A DNA stretch of 13,364 bases from Candidatus Methylomirabilales bacterium (GCA_046758505.1 JBHIAH010000076.1:1-13364); one strand, 5' to 3'; shown: positions 1-8,985, counted from the stretch's first letter. Translations and numbers: made by a program. Notes: a model not told the origin generated them from the sequence alone.

Positions 1-44
1 CAGGCCGACGAGGGGCAGTCTTTTCCCTTGACGTGGTTTTTCAT
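1..44 (-). CDS. Possible 5' end of a downstream CDS running off the window (MKNHVKGKDCPSSA...)
   Basis: ATG at 44-42 preceded by GGGGGG on the minus strand, in the same direction as udg. Only 14 codons are visible and no family is recognised. Confidence 0.3.
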   Translation of the reverse strand, partial: MKNHVKGKDCPSSA

Positions 45-47
45 AGG

Positions 48-89
48 TGACCCCCCAAGATGATGACCCCCCAAGATGACCCCTTAGGA
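48..89. repeat. Exact 16-bp tandem duplication plus a degenerate third copy
   Basis: TGACCCCCCAAGATGA at 48-63 and 64-79. TGACCCCTTAGGA at 77-89 matches the 13-nt core at 10/13 positions. Confidence 0.85.
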
Positions 90-105
90 AATGGACTACT
101 GCGGG

Positions 106-837
106 TTAGCGGAGGGGGCGGCCGGTGAGCCGGGCGTACTCGCGCTGCAAAAGCTGCAGGTCCTGCCAGGCGCTCTTCTTCTCGTTGGGGTTTCGCAAGA
201 GATAGGCGGGGTGGTAGGTCACCAGCAGGGGAATGCCCTGGTAGTCATGGAATCTCCCGCGAAGCTTAGAGAGGGGAGATTTTGTCTTCATCAGGGCCGA
301 GACCGCAATGCCGCCGAGGGCGCAGATGAGCTTCGGATTGATGGCCCTGAGCTGCGCGATGAGGAACGGCTCGCAGGCGGCGATCTCGTCCGCTTCGGGG
401 GTGCGGTTGTTCGGCGGCCGGCACTTGAGAACGTTACAGATGTAGACCTCCTCCCGTTTGAGGCCGATCGCCTCGATCATCCGCGTGAGGAGCTGGCCTG
501 CCCGGCCGACGAAGGGCTCTCCCTGGGCGTCCTCGTCTGCCCCCGGCGCCTCGCCCACGAAGACCAGATCGGCCTGGGGGTGCCCGACCCCGAAGACGAT
601 CTGGGTCCGGTGGGGGTGGAGCTTGCACCGGGTGCAGTCCCCCAGGATCTGCCGGGCCTCGTCGAGGGTCAGCGTCCCGGAGAGGAGCACCTCCCGCTCC
701 GAGGGCGGCCTCTCTCGCTCGGGCGCCTCGGGAGCACCCGGGAGAAAATCGAGTCCCAACTGCTGCTGGGCCTCGGAATACTCCCGGGTCCTTTTCACCA
801 GCTCCGCCGCCTCGTGGCGCACCTCTTTCGGGCTCAT
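106..837 (-). CDS. udg: Uracil-DNA glycosylase, family 4 (4Fe-4S, SPO1 polymerase-related), 243 aa
   Basis: Motifs CTRC, VFVGEAPG, GEPFVG, NVLKCRPP, EIAAC and HPAYLLR. Start placed at ATG 837 behind GAGGA; the track start at 987 would overlap coaBC. Confidence 0.93.
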   Translation of the reverse strand: MSPKEVRHEAAELVKRTREYSEAQQQLGLDFLPGAPEAPERERPPSEREVLLSGTLTLDEARQILGDCTRCKLHPHRTQIVFGVGHPQADLVFVGEAPGADEDAQGEPFVGRAGQLLTRMIEAIGLKREEVYICNVLKCRPPNNRTPEADEIAACEPFLIAQLRAINPKLICALGGIAVSALMKTKSPLSKLRGRFHDYQGIPLLVTYHPAYLLRNPNEKKSAWQDLQLLQREYARLTGRPLR

Positions 838-884
838 GGGTTCATCCTCGCCTTTCGCGGCCACGGGGCCCGTGTAGAGAGGCT

Positions 885-2087
885 TCAGCGGTTCTCCCCG
901 CGCCGCAAAGCCACGACGCGATCCAGGATGCGATGGGCCACGTCCCGCTTGGGAAGCTCTGGCAGCTCTTCGACCCGCCCCCGGCAATCGAGCATGGTGA
1001 CGCGCGTCGTGTCACCGGCGAAGCCGACCCGGATGTCGTTCGCCACGATCAGGTCCAGGTGCTTCTTCTGGAGCTTCTCCTGGGCATTCTGGAGGAGGTC
1101 TTCGGTTTCCGCGGCAAAGCCCACCAGGATCCTGGACCCCTTGTGCCGGCCCGCCTCGGCCAGGATGTCCGGGTTGCGCAGGAGTTCGACCGTGACGGTC
1201 TCTTGTTTCTTCATCTTGTGCGGGGCGCGGGCGCTCGGACGGTAGTCGGCGACCGCGGCGGCCATGACGAGGATGGTCGCGGTGTCGAGTCGCCCCGACA
1301 CGGCCTGACACATCTCTTCGGCCGTCGTCACGTCGGCGCGCTCGATCCCCGGAGGCGTGGGAAGCGACGTGGGGCCGGTCACCAGCACGACGTGGGCCCC
1401 CCGATCCCGGGCGGCCTTGGCAATGGCGAAACCCATCTTGCCCGAGGAGCGGTTCGAGAGATAGCGGACGGGGTCGAGCGGCTCGTGGGTGGGACCGGCG
1501 GTGACCAGGACCGTCTCGTCCGTGAGGTCCTGGGCACGACCAAGGAGATCTTCGACCGCCTGGAAAATCGCGGAGAGGTCGGCCAACCGCCCGCGACCGA
1601 TCAGCCCGGAGGCGAGCTCTCCGTATTCCGGTTCGAGCACCCGCACCCCGCGGGCCTTCAGATGGGTCAGGTTCTCCTGAACCGCGGGATGGGCGTACAT
1701 CTCCCGGTCCATGGCCGGCGCGAGGACGACGGGGCAGGTACTGCTGAGATAGAGGTTAGAGAGGAAGTCGTCCGCCAGACCGTGGGCGAATTTGGCGATG
1801 GTGTTGGCCGTGGCTGGGGCGACGAGCAGGAGGTCGGCCCGCCCGCCGGCGGCCACGTGACCGATGTGCTGGTCGTAATCGAGGGTAAAGAGGTCGGTGA
1901 GGACCGGACGTCGGGAGAGGGTCTCGAAAGTGAGGGGGCCGACGAACTGCTGAGCACTCTGGGTCATGACCACCGTGACAGCCGCCCGTCGCCTGGTGAG
2001 CTCCCGGAGAACCTCCACTGCCTTATACGCGGCGATACTCCCGGTCACCCCCAGGATGATCTCTTTCTCTTCCAAACTCCGCTTCAT
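885..2087 (-). CDS. coaBC: Bifunctional phosphopantothenoylcysteine decarboxylase / phosphopantothenate-cysteine ligase, 400 aa
   Basis: Motifs GVTGSIAAYK, APATAN, PAM(D), VTAGPTxEPLDPVRYLSNRSSGKMG, AAVADY, GFAAET and DLIVAND. Start at ATG 2087 (MKRSLEEKEIILG). Confidence 0.96.
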   Translation of the reverse strand: MKRSLEEKEIILGVTGSIAAYKAVEVLRELTRRRAAVTVVMTQSAQQFVGPLTFETLSRRPVLTDLFTLDYDQHIGHVAAGGRADLLLVAPATANTIAKFAHGLADDFLSNLYLSSTCPVVLAPAMDREMYAHPAVQENLTHLKARGVRVLEPEYGELASGLIGRGRLADLSAIFQAVEDLLGRAQDLTDETVLVTAGPTHEPLDPVRYLSNRSSGKMGFAIAKAARDRGAHVVLVTGPTSLPTPPGIERADVTTAEEMCQAVSGRLDTATILVMAAAVADYRPSARAPHKMKKQETVTVELLRNPDILAEAGRHKGSRILVGFAAETEDLLQNAQEKLQKKHLDLIVANDIRVGFAGDTTRVTMLDCRGRVEELPELPKRDVAHRILDRVVALRRGENR

Positions 2088-2102
2088 CCTAGACGCCCTT
2101 TC

Positions 2103-2170
2103 CCGATGTTCTTCCAAGACCTCGGACGGCTCGACTGAGCTCGCCGAAATCTTCGGACCTCGAACATCGG
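2103..2170. repeat. Nested inverted repeat (long imperfect hairpin, REP-like) in the thiD-coaBC spacer
   Basis: CCGATGTTC (2103-2111) pairs with GAACATCGG (2162-2170). Inner arms are AAGA/TCTT, TCGG/CCGA and GGCTC-gact-GAGCT. Confidence 0.6.
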
Positions 2171-2188
2171 ACTCTGCACGCCGGACTT

Positions 2189-2971
2189 CTAGATTCGTAC
2201 CAGGTGGTTGACCGGACCTTTCCCCTTTCCGATCTTTTCCCCCGTCTGGATCGCGGCGTGGATGTATCGCTGGGCCGCTTCCACGGCCGCCGTCACCTGG
2301 TGGCCCTTGGCCAGTCCGGCCGCAATGGCCGCGGAAAGGGTGCACCCACTGCCGTGGGTATTCTCGGTCGGGATCTTGGGGGCCTCCCGGACCGCAAAGC
2401 GACTTCCGTCGTACAGGACGTCGAAGATTCGCGATCCAGCCAGGTGCCCGCCTTTCACCAGGACGTACTGCGACCCCAGCGCCTTGATGGCCCGCGCGGC
2501 CTCCTTCATGCCGTTCAGGTCCTCGATCTTCTCTTTCCAGAGAATTGCGGCTTCGTCGAGATTGGGGGTCACCACCGTGGCCAGGGGGAAAAGGAGGGTC
2601 CGCATCGCCTCCACCGCGTCCTCGTCGAGGAGGTGATGGCCGGTGGCCGACACCATGACCGGATCCACCACCAGATTCCGGAGCTGAAATGCGTCCACTT
2701 CCCTCGCCACCGCCGCGACGATCTCCTTTGTGGCCAGCATCCCCGTCTTGCCCGCGTCGGCGCCGATATCGGAGAGGACCGAGCGGATCTGGAGTGCGAC
2801 AAAGTCGGGGGGGAGGACATGAACGCCTTGGACCCCAAGGGTGTTCTGGGCCGTAATGGCGGTCAGGACGGAGAGGCCATAGACTCGATAGGCGGTAAAG
2901 GTTTTGAGGTCCGCCTGGATCCCCGCTCCCCCGCCCGAGTCGGAGCCAGCGATGGTCACAGCCCGTTGCAT
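2189..2971 (-). CDS. thiD: Hydroxymethylpyrimidine/phosphomethylpyrimidine kinase, 260 aa
   Basis: Motifs [53 protein letters not shown] and C-terminal GPVNH. SD GAGGAG upstream. Confidence 0.96.
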   Translation of the reverse strand: MQRAVTIAGSDSGGGAGIQADLKTFTAYRVYGLSVLTAITAQNTLGVQGVHVLPPDFVALQIRSVLSDIGADAGKTGMLATKEIVAAVAREVDAFQLRNLVVDPVMVSATGHHLLDEDAVEAMRTLLFPLATVVTPNLDEAAILWKEKIEDLNGMKEAARAIKALGSQYVLVKGGHLAGSRIFDVLYDGSRFAVREAPKIPTENTHGSGCTLSAAIAAGLAKGHQVTAAVEAAQRYIHAAIQTGEKIGKGKGPVNHLVRI

Positions 2972-3001
2972 TGCTTCTCCTCTCCATCCGTCGTCGGGCC
3001 C

Positions 3002-3030
3002 ATTATGCCCGAGGTGACTGCGTTGCGCAA
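3002..3030 (-). promoter_or_regulatory. Putative sigma70 promoter for thiD-coaBC-udg
   Basis: TTGCGC (3030-3025) - 17 nt - CATAAT (3007-3002) on the minus strand. Confidence 0.6.
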
Positions 3031-3099
3031 GCCTTCCGACCCGCCTCCCCGTCGACAGACGCAGGGGGCTTCGCCCCTCATGCGCGGACGCTCCGTGCG

Positions 3100-5241
3100 C
3101 TACCGCGGCCGGGCGTAGAGGGTGCGGTAGCGGTCGTAGCTTCCCAGGACCCGTTTCACGTAGCGCCGGGTCTCCGGATAGGGGATCTCTTCAACGAAAG
3201 TCTCGGGGTCCCGGATGGGATGAGAGTCATTGAGCCAGCGCCGCACAGCGCGCGGCCCCGCGTTGTACGCGGCGATGGTGAGGAACAGATCTCCATCGAA
3301 CTCCCCGCGCATCCGGGCGAGGTAGCGTGTTCCCAGCGCAATGTTCACGCCGGGTGTGTCGAGGTCGGTGGGGGTTGGGGAGTCCGTCTCGGCGGCCACA
3401 CGGGCTGCCGTGGCCGGCAACAGTTGCATGAGTCCCCGTGCTCCTGCCCTCGAAAGGGCCGTGGGATCGAACGTGCTCTCCTCCCGGATGAGGGCGGTCA
3501 CCAGGTAGGGGTCGAGGCGCGTCTCTTTCACATACTGGTCAATCCAGGGCCAGAACCCCCGAGGATAGAGGAAAGTCCAGAACAGGGTGAATGCCTGTTT
3601 CTTTCGGCCGGCGCTGATCAGGGCGGTGACGGTCCGCCTCGCAATCTGGATCACCTTGTCGAACTCGTTGGCGCGAAAGAGCGCCTGGCAGGCCTCCCAT
3701 TGTAAGGGGATCTGGGTGGGGTGGTTCATCGCGAGGTCCCAATACTCTGCCGCCGCGTCCGCCCACATTCGTAGATAGAAGAGTTCCCGCGCCTTGGTCA
3801 GGGCTGGGGAGAGGGCGTCTTTCCGGGGGTCGGGTCGTCCCGGGGAGAATCGCGGGGGCTTGAGTCCGAGACGTTCCCTGGCTCGCCACTCGTAGTACGG
3901 GTCCAGGGTTGCCTGCTTCACGAGTCGCCGGTAGATCTGTTTCGCCAGGGGACTTCTATTCATCTCTTCCAGCAAGCGCCCGCGCCAGTAGAGCGCCTGG
4001 GCCCGCTGGGACGATTGCGGGTACTCATCCAGGAGGTGTTTCAGTTCGTGGTCGGCCCGCCTCACGTCTCCCCGCCGGTACAGCACCCAGGCGCGCCGCC
4101 ACCGGGCCGTATCTCCCAGGCCCGCCTGGGGATAGCGGCGCAGCAGGCGGGCGTACGCGCGGAGGGCCGCGTCCGCCTCCCCCCGCTCCTCGTGGTTGAG
4201 GCCGATGAGATAGAGGGCGTCATCGGCCAGGTCGCTCCGAGGAAATGTTGCGGGGATGCGGTCGAGGGTGGCAATCGCCTGCAGGTACTTCCCCGACCGC
4301 AGGGAGGCCCTCCCGATCAGAAACAGGGCCTTCACCCGGAGGGAAGAATCGGCGGGAGCGTCGGTCAGGGGAAGGAGGGTGGCGATGGCCTCGGGGTACT
4401 CCTTCGTGGCGAACAGGCTGCGCCCCAGCAGAAGCCGGATCTCTTCGTTCTCAGGGTCGGCATGGAGGAGGGGGGAGAGGGCGGCGGCTGCCTCGGTAGA
4501 TCTGCCCTCACGCAACAGGGTCTTTGCGCGGAGGATGTGGTCGTCCGGGGTGAGGGTTACGAACTGCGTGTGCTCCTGGATCAGTTGTGCTGCCTCGTCG
4601 GCGCCCGGGTCTGTCGGGAAGCGGACATAGAGGCGCTTGAGGAGGGACGCCGCCTCCGGCTCGCGCTTCAAGGCCAGGAAAAGTTTCGCCAGGAGAAGGG
4701 AGGCCTCGGGGGCCATGGCTGACGTCGGGTAGCGGTCCAGAAAGTCGCGCAAGGCCTTTTCAGCCGCTTCGTGCCGCTCCATTTCCAGATAGGTCGTGGC
4801 GAGGCGGAAGTGGGCTTCCTCGGCGAGACGACTGTCCGGGTAGCGGGTCAACAGGCGGGAGAGGAGTTGAGTGGCCCCGCGCTGGTCCTCGAGTGCGAGG
4901 GCCGCCCGGGCGGCGTAGGATATGGCGTAATCGGCGAGGAGTGCGTCTTCCGTCGCCGCCTCCTCGAGGAGGGGGAGGGCCTCGGCTGGCCGCTCTGTCT
5001 TCACGAGGCAGTAGCCGGTAAGAAACCTCACCCGTTGCCGGATCGCTTCGGGCGGTGGGTCAACGATTGCACGAAGCGCTGTCAGGGCCGTGGGACAGTC
5101 GCTGGTTTCCAGGGCCACCAGGGCCTCGGTGAAGGCCGACGGAAGATCGCCCGCGAAAGCCTTCGGGGAGTAAAAGAGCAGGACGAGCGCCGCAAGCCAT
5201 ACCCTCCAGCCGCGCCCCAGCTCTGCCTTGTTCGTTCCCAT
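3100..5241 (-). CDS. slt: Soluble lytic murein transglycosylase (Slt70-like) with N-terminal TPR/helical repeats, 713 aa
   Basis: Signal peptide ending in AFA at residue 30; repeated YPxS / ALY/F TPR-type units; C-terminal SLT motifs IREES (catalytic Glu), GLMQL, AYNAG and ETRRYVKRV. Confidence 0.92.
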   Translation of the reverse strand: MGTNKAELGRGWRVWLAALVLLFYSPKAFAGDLPSAFTEALVALETSDCPTALTALRAIVDPPPEAIRQRVRFLTGYCLVKTERPAEALPLLEEAATEDALLADYAISYAARAALALEDQRGATQLLSRLLTRYPDSRLAEEAHFRLATTYLEMERHEAAEKALRDFLDRYPTSAMAPEASLLLAKLFLALKREPEAASLLKRLYVRFPTDPGADEAAQLIQEHTQFVTLTPDDHILRAKTLLREGRSTEAAAALSPLLHADPENEEIRLLLGRSLFATKEYPEAIATLLPLTDAPADSSLRVKALFLIGRASLRSGKYLQAIATLDRIPATFPRSDLADDALYLIGLNHEERGEADAALRAYARLLRRYPQAGLGDTARWRRAWVLYRRGDVRRADHELKHLLDEYPQSSQRAQALYWRGRLLEEMNRSPLAKQIYRRLVKQATLDPYYEWRARERLGLKPPRFSPGRPDPRKDALSPALTKARELFYLRMWADAAAEYWDLAMNHPTQIPLQWEACQALFRANEFDKVIQIARRTVTALISAGRKKQAFTLFWTFLYPRGFWPWIDQYVKETRLDPYLVTALIREESTFDPTALSRAGARGLMQLLPATAARVAAETDSPTPTDLDTPGVNIALGTRYLARMRGEFDGDLFLTIAAYNAGPRAVRRWLNDSHPIRDPETFVEEIPYPETRRYVKRVLGSYDRYRTLYARPR

Positions 5242-5247
5242 GGCTCG

Positions 5248-6315
5248 CTACGATTTGGGTGGGGAAGGGGATCCGCGGAGCGCGTGGATGGCCTCGGCAA
5301 GAGGGGGACGGAGGACCCCCTGGTCCGTGATGAGGGCACTCACCAGCCCCGCCGGTGTGACGTCGAATGCGGGGTTGGCCGCCGGGAATCCGTCGGGCGC
5401 AATGGGAACACCTGCGATAGAGGTGATCTCTTGCGCGCCGCGCTCTTCGATGGGGATCTGGGTGCCCGTCGGCAAGGTCGGATCCACGGTGGAGAGGGGG
5501 GCGGCGACGTAAAAGGGAACATGGTGATACCGGCACAGGACCGCCAGGGTGTACGTGCCGATTTTGTTCGCCACGTCCCCGTTCAGGGCGATGCGATCCG
5601 CTCCGAGGATGACCGCGCGCACCTCACCGCGCCGCATGAAGTCGCCGGCCATGCTGTCGGTGATGAGGCGGGAGGGGATCCCGAGGCGGTCGAGTTCCCA
5701 GGCGGTCAACCGGGCCCCCTGCAGCACGGGCCGGGTTTCATCTACCAGGACCTGAATCCGCTTCCCGTGTTCCCAGGCGGCCCGGATCACACCCAGCGCG
5801 GTCCCGTACCCGACCGTGGCCAGCGCGCCCGTATTGCAGTGGGTGAGCAGGGTGTCGCCGCTCTCGACCAGCCGCTGGCCATGCTCCCCGATGGCGCGAT
5901 TGCAGGCCAGATCTTCGCGGTGCATCGTCAGCGCTTCCTCGACGAGGCGCTGCTTGAGGAGGGGGAGCGAGAGATCCCGGTGCTTGTCGGCGACGGTCAA
6001 GACTCGGTCCAATCCCCAGAACAGGTTTCTCGCTGTCGGGCGCGTGCGGGCCAGCAGATCAGCGATCCCCTTGAGGTCCCGGAGGAATGAGGCCACATCT
6101 GGTGCGTGCACGCTCTGGGCGCCGAGGGCGAGTCCCATGGCTGCCGTCACCCCGAGGGCGGGGGCGCCCCGGATGCGGAGGCTTCTGATCGCCTCGGCCA
6201 CCGCCTCGACGTCCCGGCAATCGATGTAGACCTCTTCCCGAGGGAGACGTGTCTGGTCGAGGAGACGGACACCCCCGTCGGGAAGCCACGTAAGCGTTTG
6301 GATCTCTTGCGGCAT
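5248..6315 (-). CDS. mtnA: S-methyl-5-thioribose-1-phosphate isomerase, 355 aa
   Basis: Motifs LDQT, IRGAPALG, RPTA, THCNTGALAT, ETRP, GADRI, NKIGT and NPAFDVTP. Start at ATG 6315 behind AGGAGG. Confidence 0.96.
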   Translation of the reverse strand: MPQEIQTLTWLPDGGVRLLDQTRLPREEVYIDCRDVEAVAEAIRSLRIRGAPALGVTAAMGLALGAQSVHAPDVASFLRDLKGIADLLARTRPTARNLFWGLDRVLTVADKHRDLSLPLLKQRLVEEALTMHREDLACNRAIGEHGQRLVESGDTLLTHCNTGALATVGYGTALGVIRAAWEHGKRIQVLVDETRPVLQGARLTAWELDRLGIPSRLITDSMAGDFMRRGEVRAVILGADRIALNGDVANKIGTYTLAVLCRYHHVPFYVAAPLSTVDPTLPTGTQIPIEERGAQEITSIAGVPIAPDGFPAANPAFDVTPAGLVSALITDQGVLRPPLAEAIHALRGSPSPPKS

Positions 6316-6335
6316 GTGCTTTCCTCCTGGGCCAT

Positions 6336-6363
6336 ACACTACCAATCCTCCCCCTGCTGTCAA
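6336..6363 (-). promoter_or_regulatory. Putative sigma70 promoter for mtnA-slt
   Basis: Perfect TTGACA (6363-6358) - 16 nt - TAGTGT (6341-6336), with a TG extended -10 element. Confidence 0.6.
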
Positions 6364-6532
6364 CGGAAATTTCCCCCCCCTGAACCGTGTGCATTTCGAG
6401 AACTGCAATTGGTCCCGTTCGGTTCGGCCTACCGCTCGAGTCCCGACTGCTCCTTTCAGTGAGAGAAGACGCCCTGGAGCCTTTCCGGTCGGCCTGTCTG
6501 ATATTCGTGATCCTTCCCCTGCTCCCTTCACG

Positions 6533-6545
6533 CAACCTATTGATA
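6533..6545 (-). promoter_or_regulatory. IHF-binding site consensus
   Basis: Minus strand reads TATCAA-TAGG-TTG, an exact WATCAANNNNTTR match. It sits 17 bp upstream of the sigma54 motif, the usual position. Confidence 0.65.
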
Positions 6546-6562
6546 TTACAGGTGAATCGTGC

Positions 6563-6577
6563 TGGCACAGTCTTTGC
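6563..6577 (+). promoter_or_regulatory. sigma54 (RpoN) -24/-12 promoter
   Basis: TGGCAC-AGTCT-TTGC, with GG at 6564-65 and GC at 6576-77 at canonical spacing. Predicted TSS about 6589. Confidence 0.8.
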
Positions 6578-6637
6578 CATATAGGAAGCAGCTAAACCGT
6601 AAGGCCGTTTCGTCTCAGAAGAGTTCGGAGGAAGGAG

Positions 6638-6769
6638 ATGGGGAGTATCTACTACCGCACCCTGATTTCGGGGATCCTCCTCTTCCCGTGGTCGCTCGTG
6701 GGCCTGATGATCGTGGGAACCGTGTGGGAGCGGGCCAAGGTCCGCGTGCGCATCCGGAATCGTTCGTAG
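6638..6769 (+). CDS. Uncalled 43-aa small membrane protein MGSIYYRTLISGILLFPWSLVGLMIVGTVWERAKVRVRIRNRS
   Basis: GGAGG (6627-6631) lies 6 nt before the ATG. An uncharged hydrophobic stretch (residues 8-30) is followed by an Arg-rich tail. Third codon positions are mostly G/C. Flanked by a promoter and a terminator. Confidence 0.75.
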   Translation: MGSIYYRTLISGILLFPWSLVGLMIVGTVWERAKVRVRIRNRS

Positions 6770-6774
6770 CGAAA

Positions 6775-6810
6775 GCAAAAACCCCCGGAAGTGAATCCGG
6801 GGGTTTTTGC
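6775..6810. terminator. Bidirectional intrinsic terminator (43-aa ORF on +, groEL on -)
   Basis: Perfect 15-bp inverted repeat GCAAAAACCCCCGGA-agtgaa-TCCGGGGGTTTTTGC, which gives a U-tract on both strands. Confidence 0.9.
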
Positions 6811-6862
6811 AGAAGGCAGGGGGGCGTTCACGGGATCGTGTCGGCCCCCGGAGTCACGCCTG

Positions 6863-8500
<1,638 letters not shown>

Positions 8501-8587
8501 TCACTCCCTCCTTCGTGATAACGTGTCAGTCTGTCCCTCGCACTGGCTTCCACTCGTTGCGCGAATCGCGGGATCCGCGGATCGCGG

Positions 8588-8881
8588 TTACTTCAAGATG
8601 CCGAGGACCTCGCTTTCCCGCATGATGAGGTACTCTTCGTCGTCGATGCGGACCTCGTTGCCGGAGTACTTTCCGAACAGGATCTTGTTTCCAGCCTTCA
8701 CGTCAATCGGGAGCCGTTTCCCGTCCTCGGTGAGCTTCCCGGGACCGACGGCGATCACTTCCCCTTCCTGGGGCTTCTCTTTCGCCGTGTCGGGAATGAT
8801 GATGCCACCCTTCTTGACCTCCTTCTCTTCGATGCGCTTGACCAGGATATAATCGTGTAACGGCTGTACTCGTACGGCCAT
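8588..8881 (-). CDS. groES: Co-chaperonin GroES, 97 aa
   Basis: Motifs [28 protein letters not shown] and KYSGNEV. SD AAGGAGG. Adjacent to groEL. Confidence 0.99.
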   Translation of the reverse strand: MAVRVQPLHDYILVKRIEEKEVKKGGIIIPDTAKEKPQEGEVIAVGPGKLTEDGKRLPIDVKAGNKILFGKYSGNEVRIDDEEYLIMRESEVLGILK

Positions 8882-8926
8882 ACTCTCTCACCCTCCTTCT
8901 CTGCCTGACGTGGTTTTGGTTGACCT

Positions 8927-8967
8927 TCCGGGCTCCTCAGGTGAGCTCGTGACCCGAGAAGCCCGGA
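8927..8967 (-). other. 16-bp RNA stem-loop in the groES 5' leader
   Basis: mRNA sense UCCGGGCUUCUCGGGU-cacgagcuc-ACCUGAGGAGCCCGGA pairs continuously, including two G-U pairs. Confidence 0.7.
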
Positions 8968-8985
8968 GCGACCCGCTTCCCGTTA

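Noticed and set aside
885..2987. 700-aa ORF, or a frameshift ThiD-CoaBC fusion
   Set aside because: The N-terminal 300 aa are the Arg/Gly/Pro-rich alternative frame of thiD. ThiD ends normally (GPVNH) and CoaBC has its own start at 2087. Open alternative frames are common at high GC.
2972..3099. TPP riboswitch upstream of thiD
   Set aside because: No CUGAGA or ACCUGAU core is present, and the predicted promoter leaves a leader of only about 25 nt.
6316..6531. N-terminal extension of mtnA in the ORF track (likewise udg 838-987 and alr 9148-9231)
   Set aside because: Family similarity starts at the downstream starts, which have SD sequences. The extensions run over promoters or neighbouring genes.
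6551..6606. c-di-AMP (ydaO) riboswitch-like words GGTGAATC...CAGCTAAACCGTAAGGC, and SRP-like AGGAAGCAGC
   Set aside because: The 5' half of the ydaO aptamer and the SRP CAGG-stem-GNRA arm are missing. The segment is better explained by the sigma54 promoter. A cmscan would settle it.
8906..8917. 12-bp match TGACGTGGTTTT with positions 29-40
   Set aside because: A 12-mer repeat in 13 kb is within chance expectation and the two copies share no structural context.
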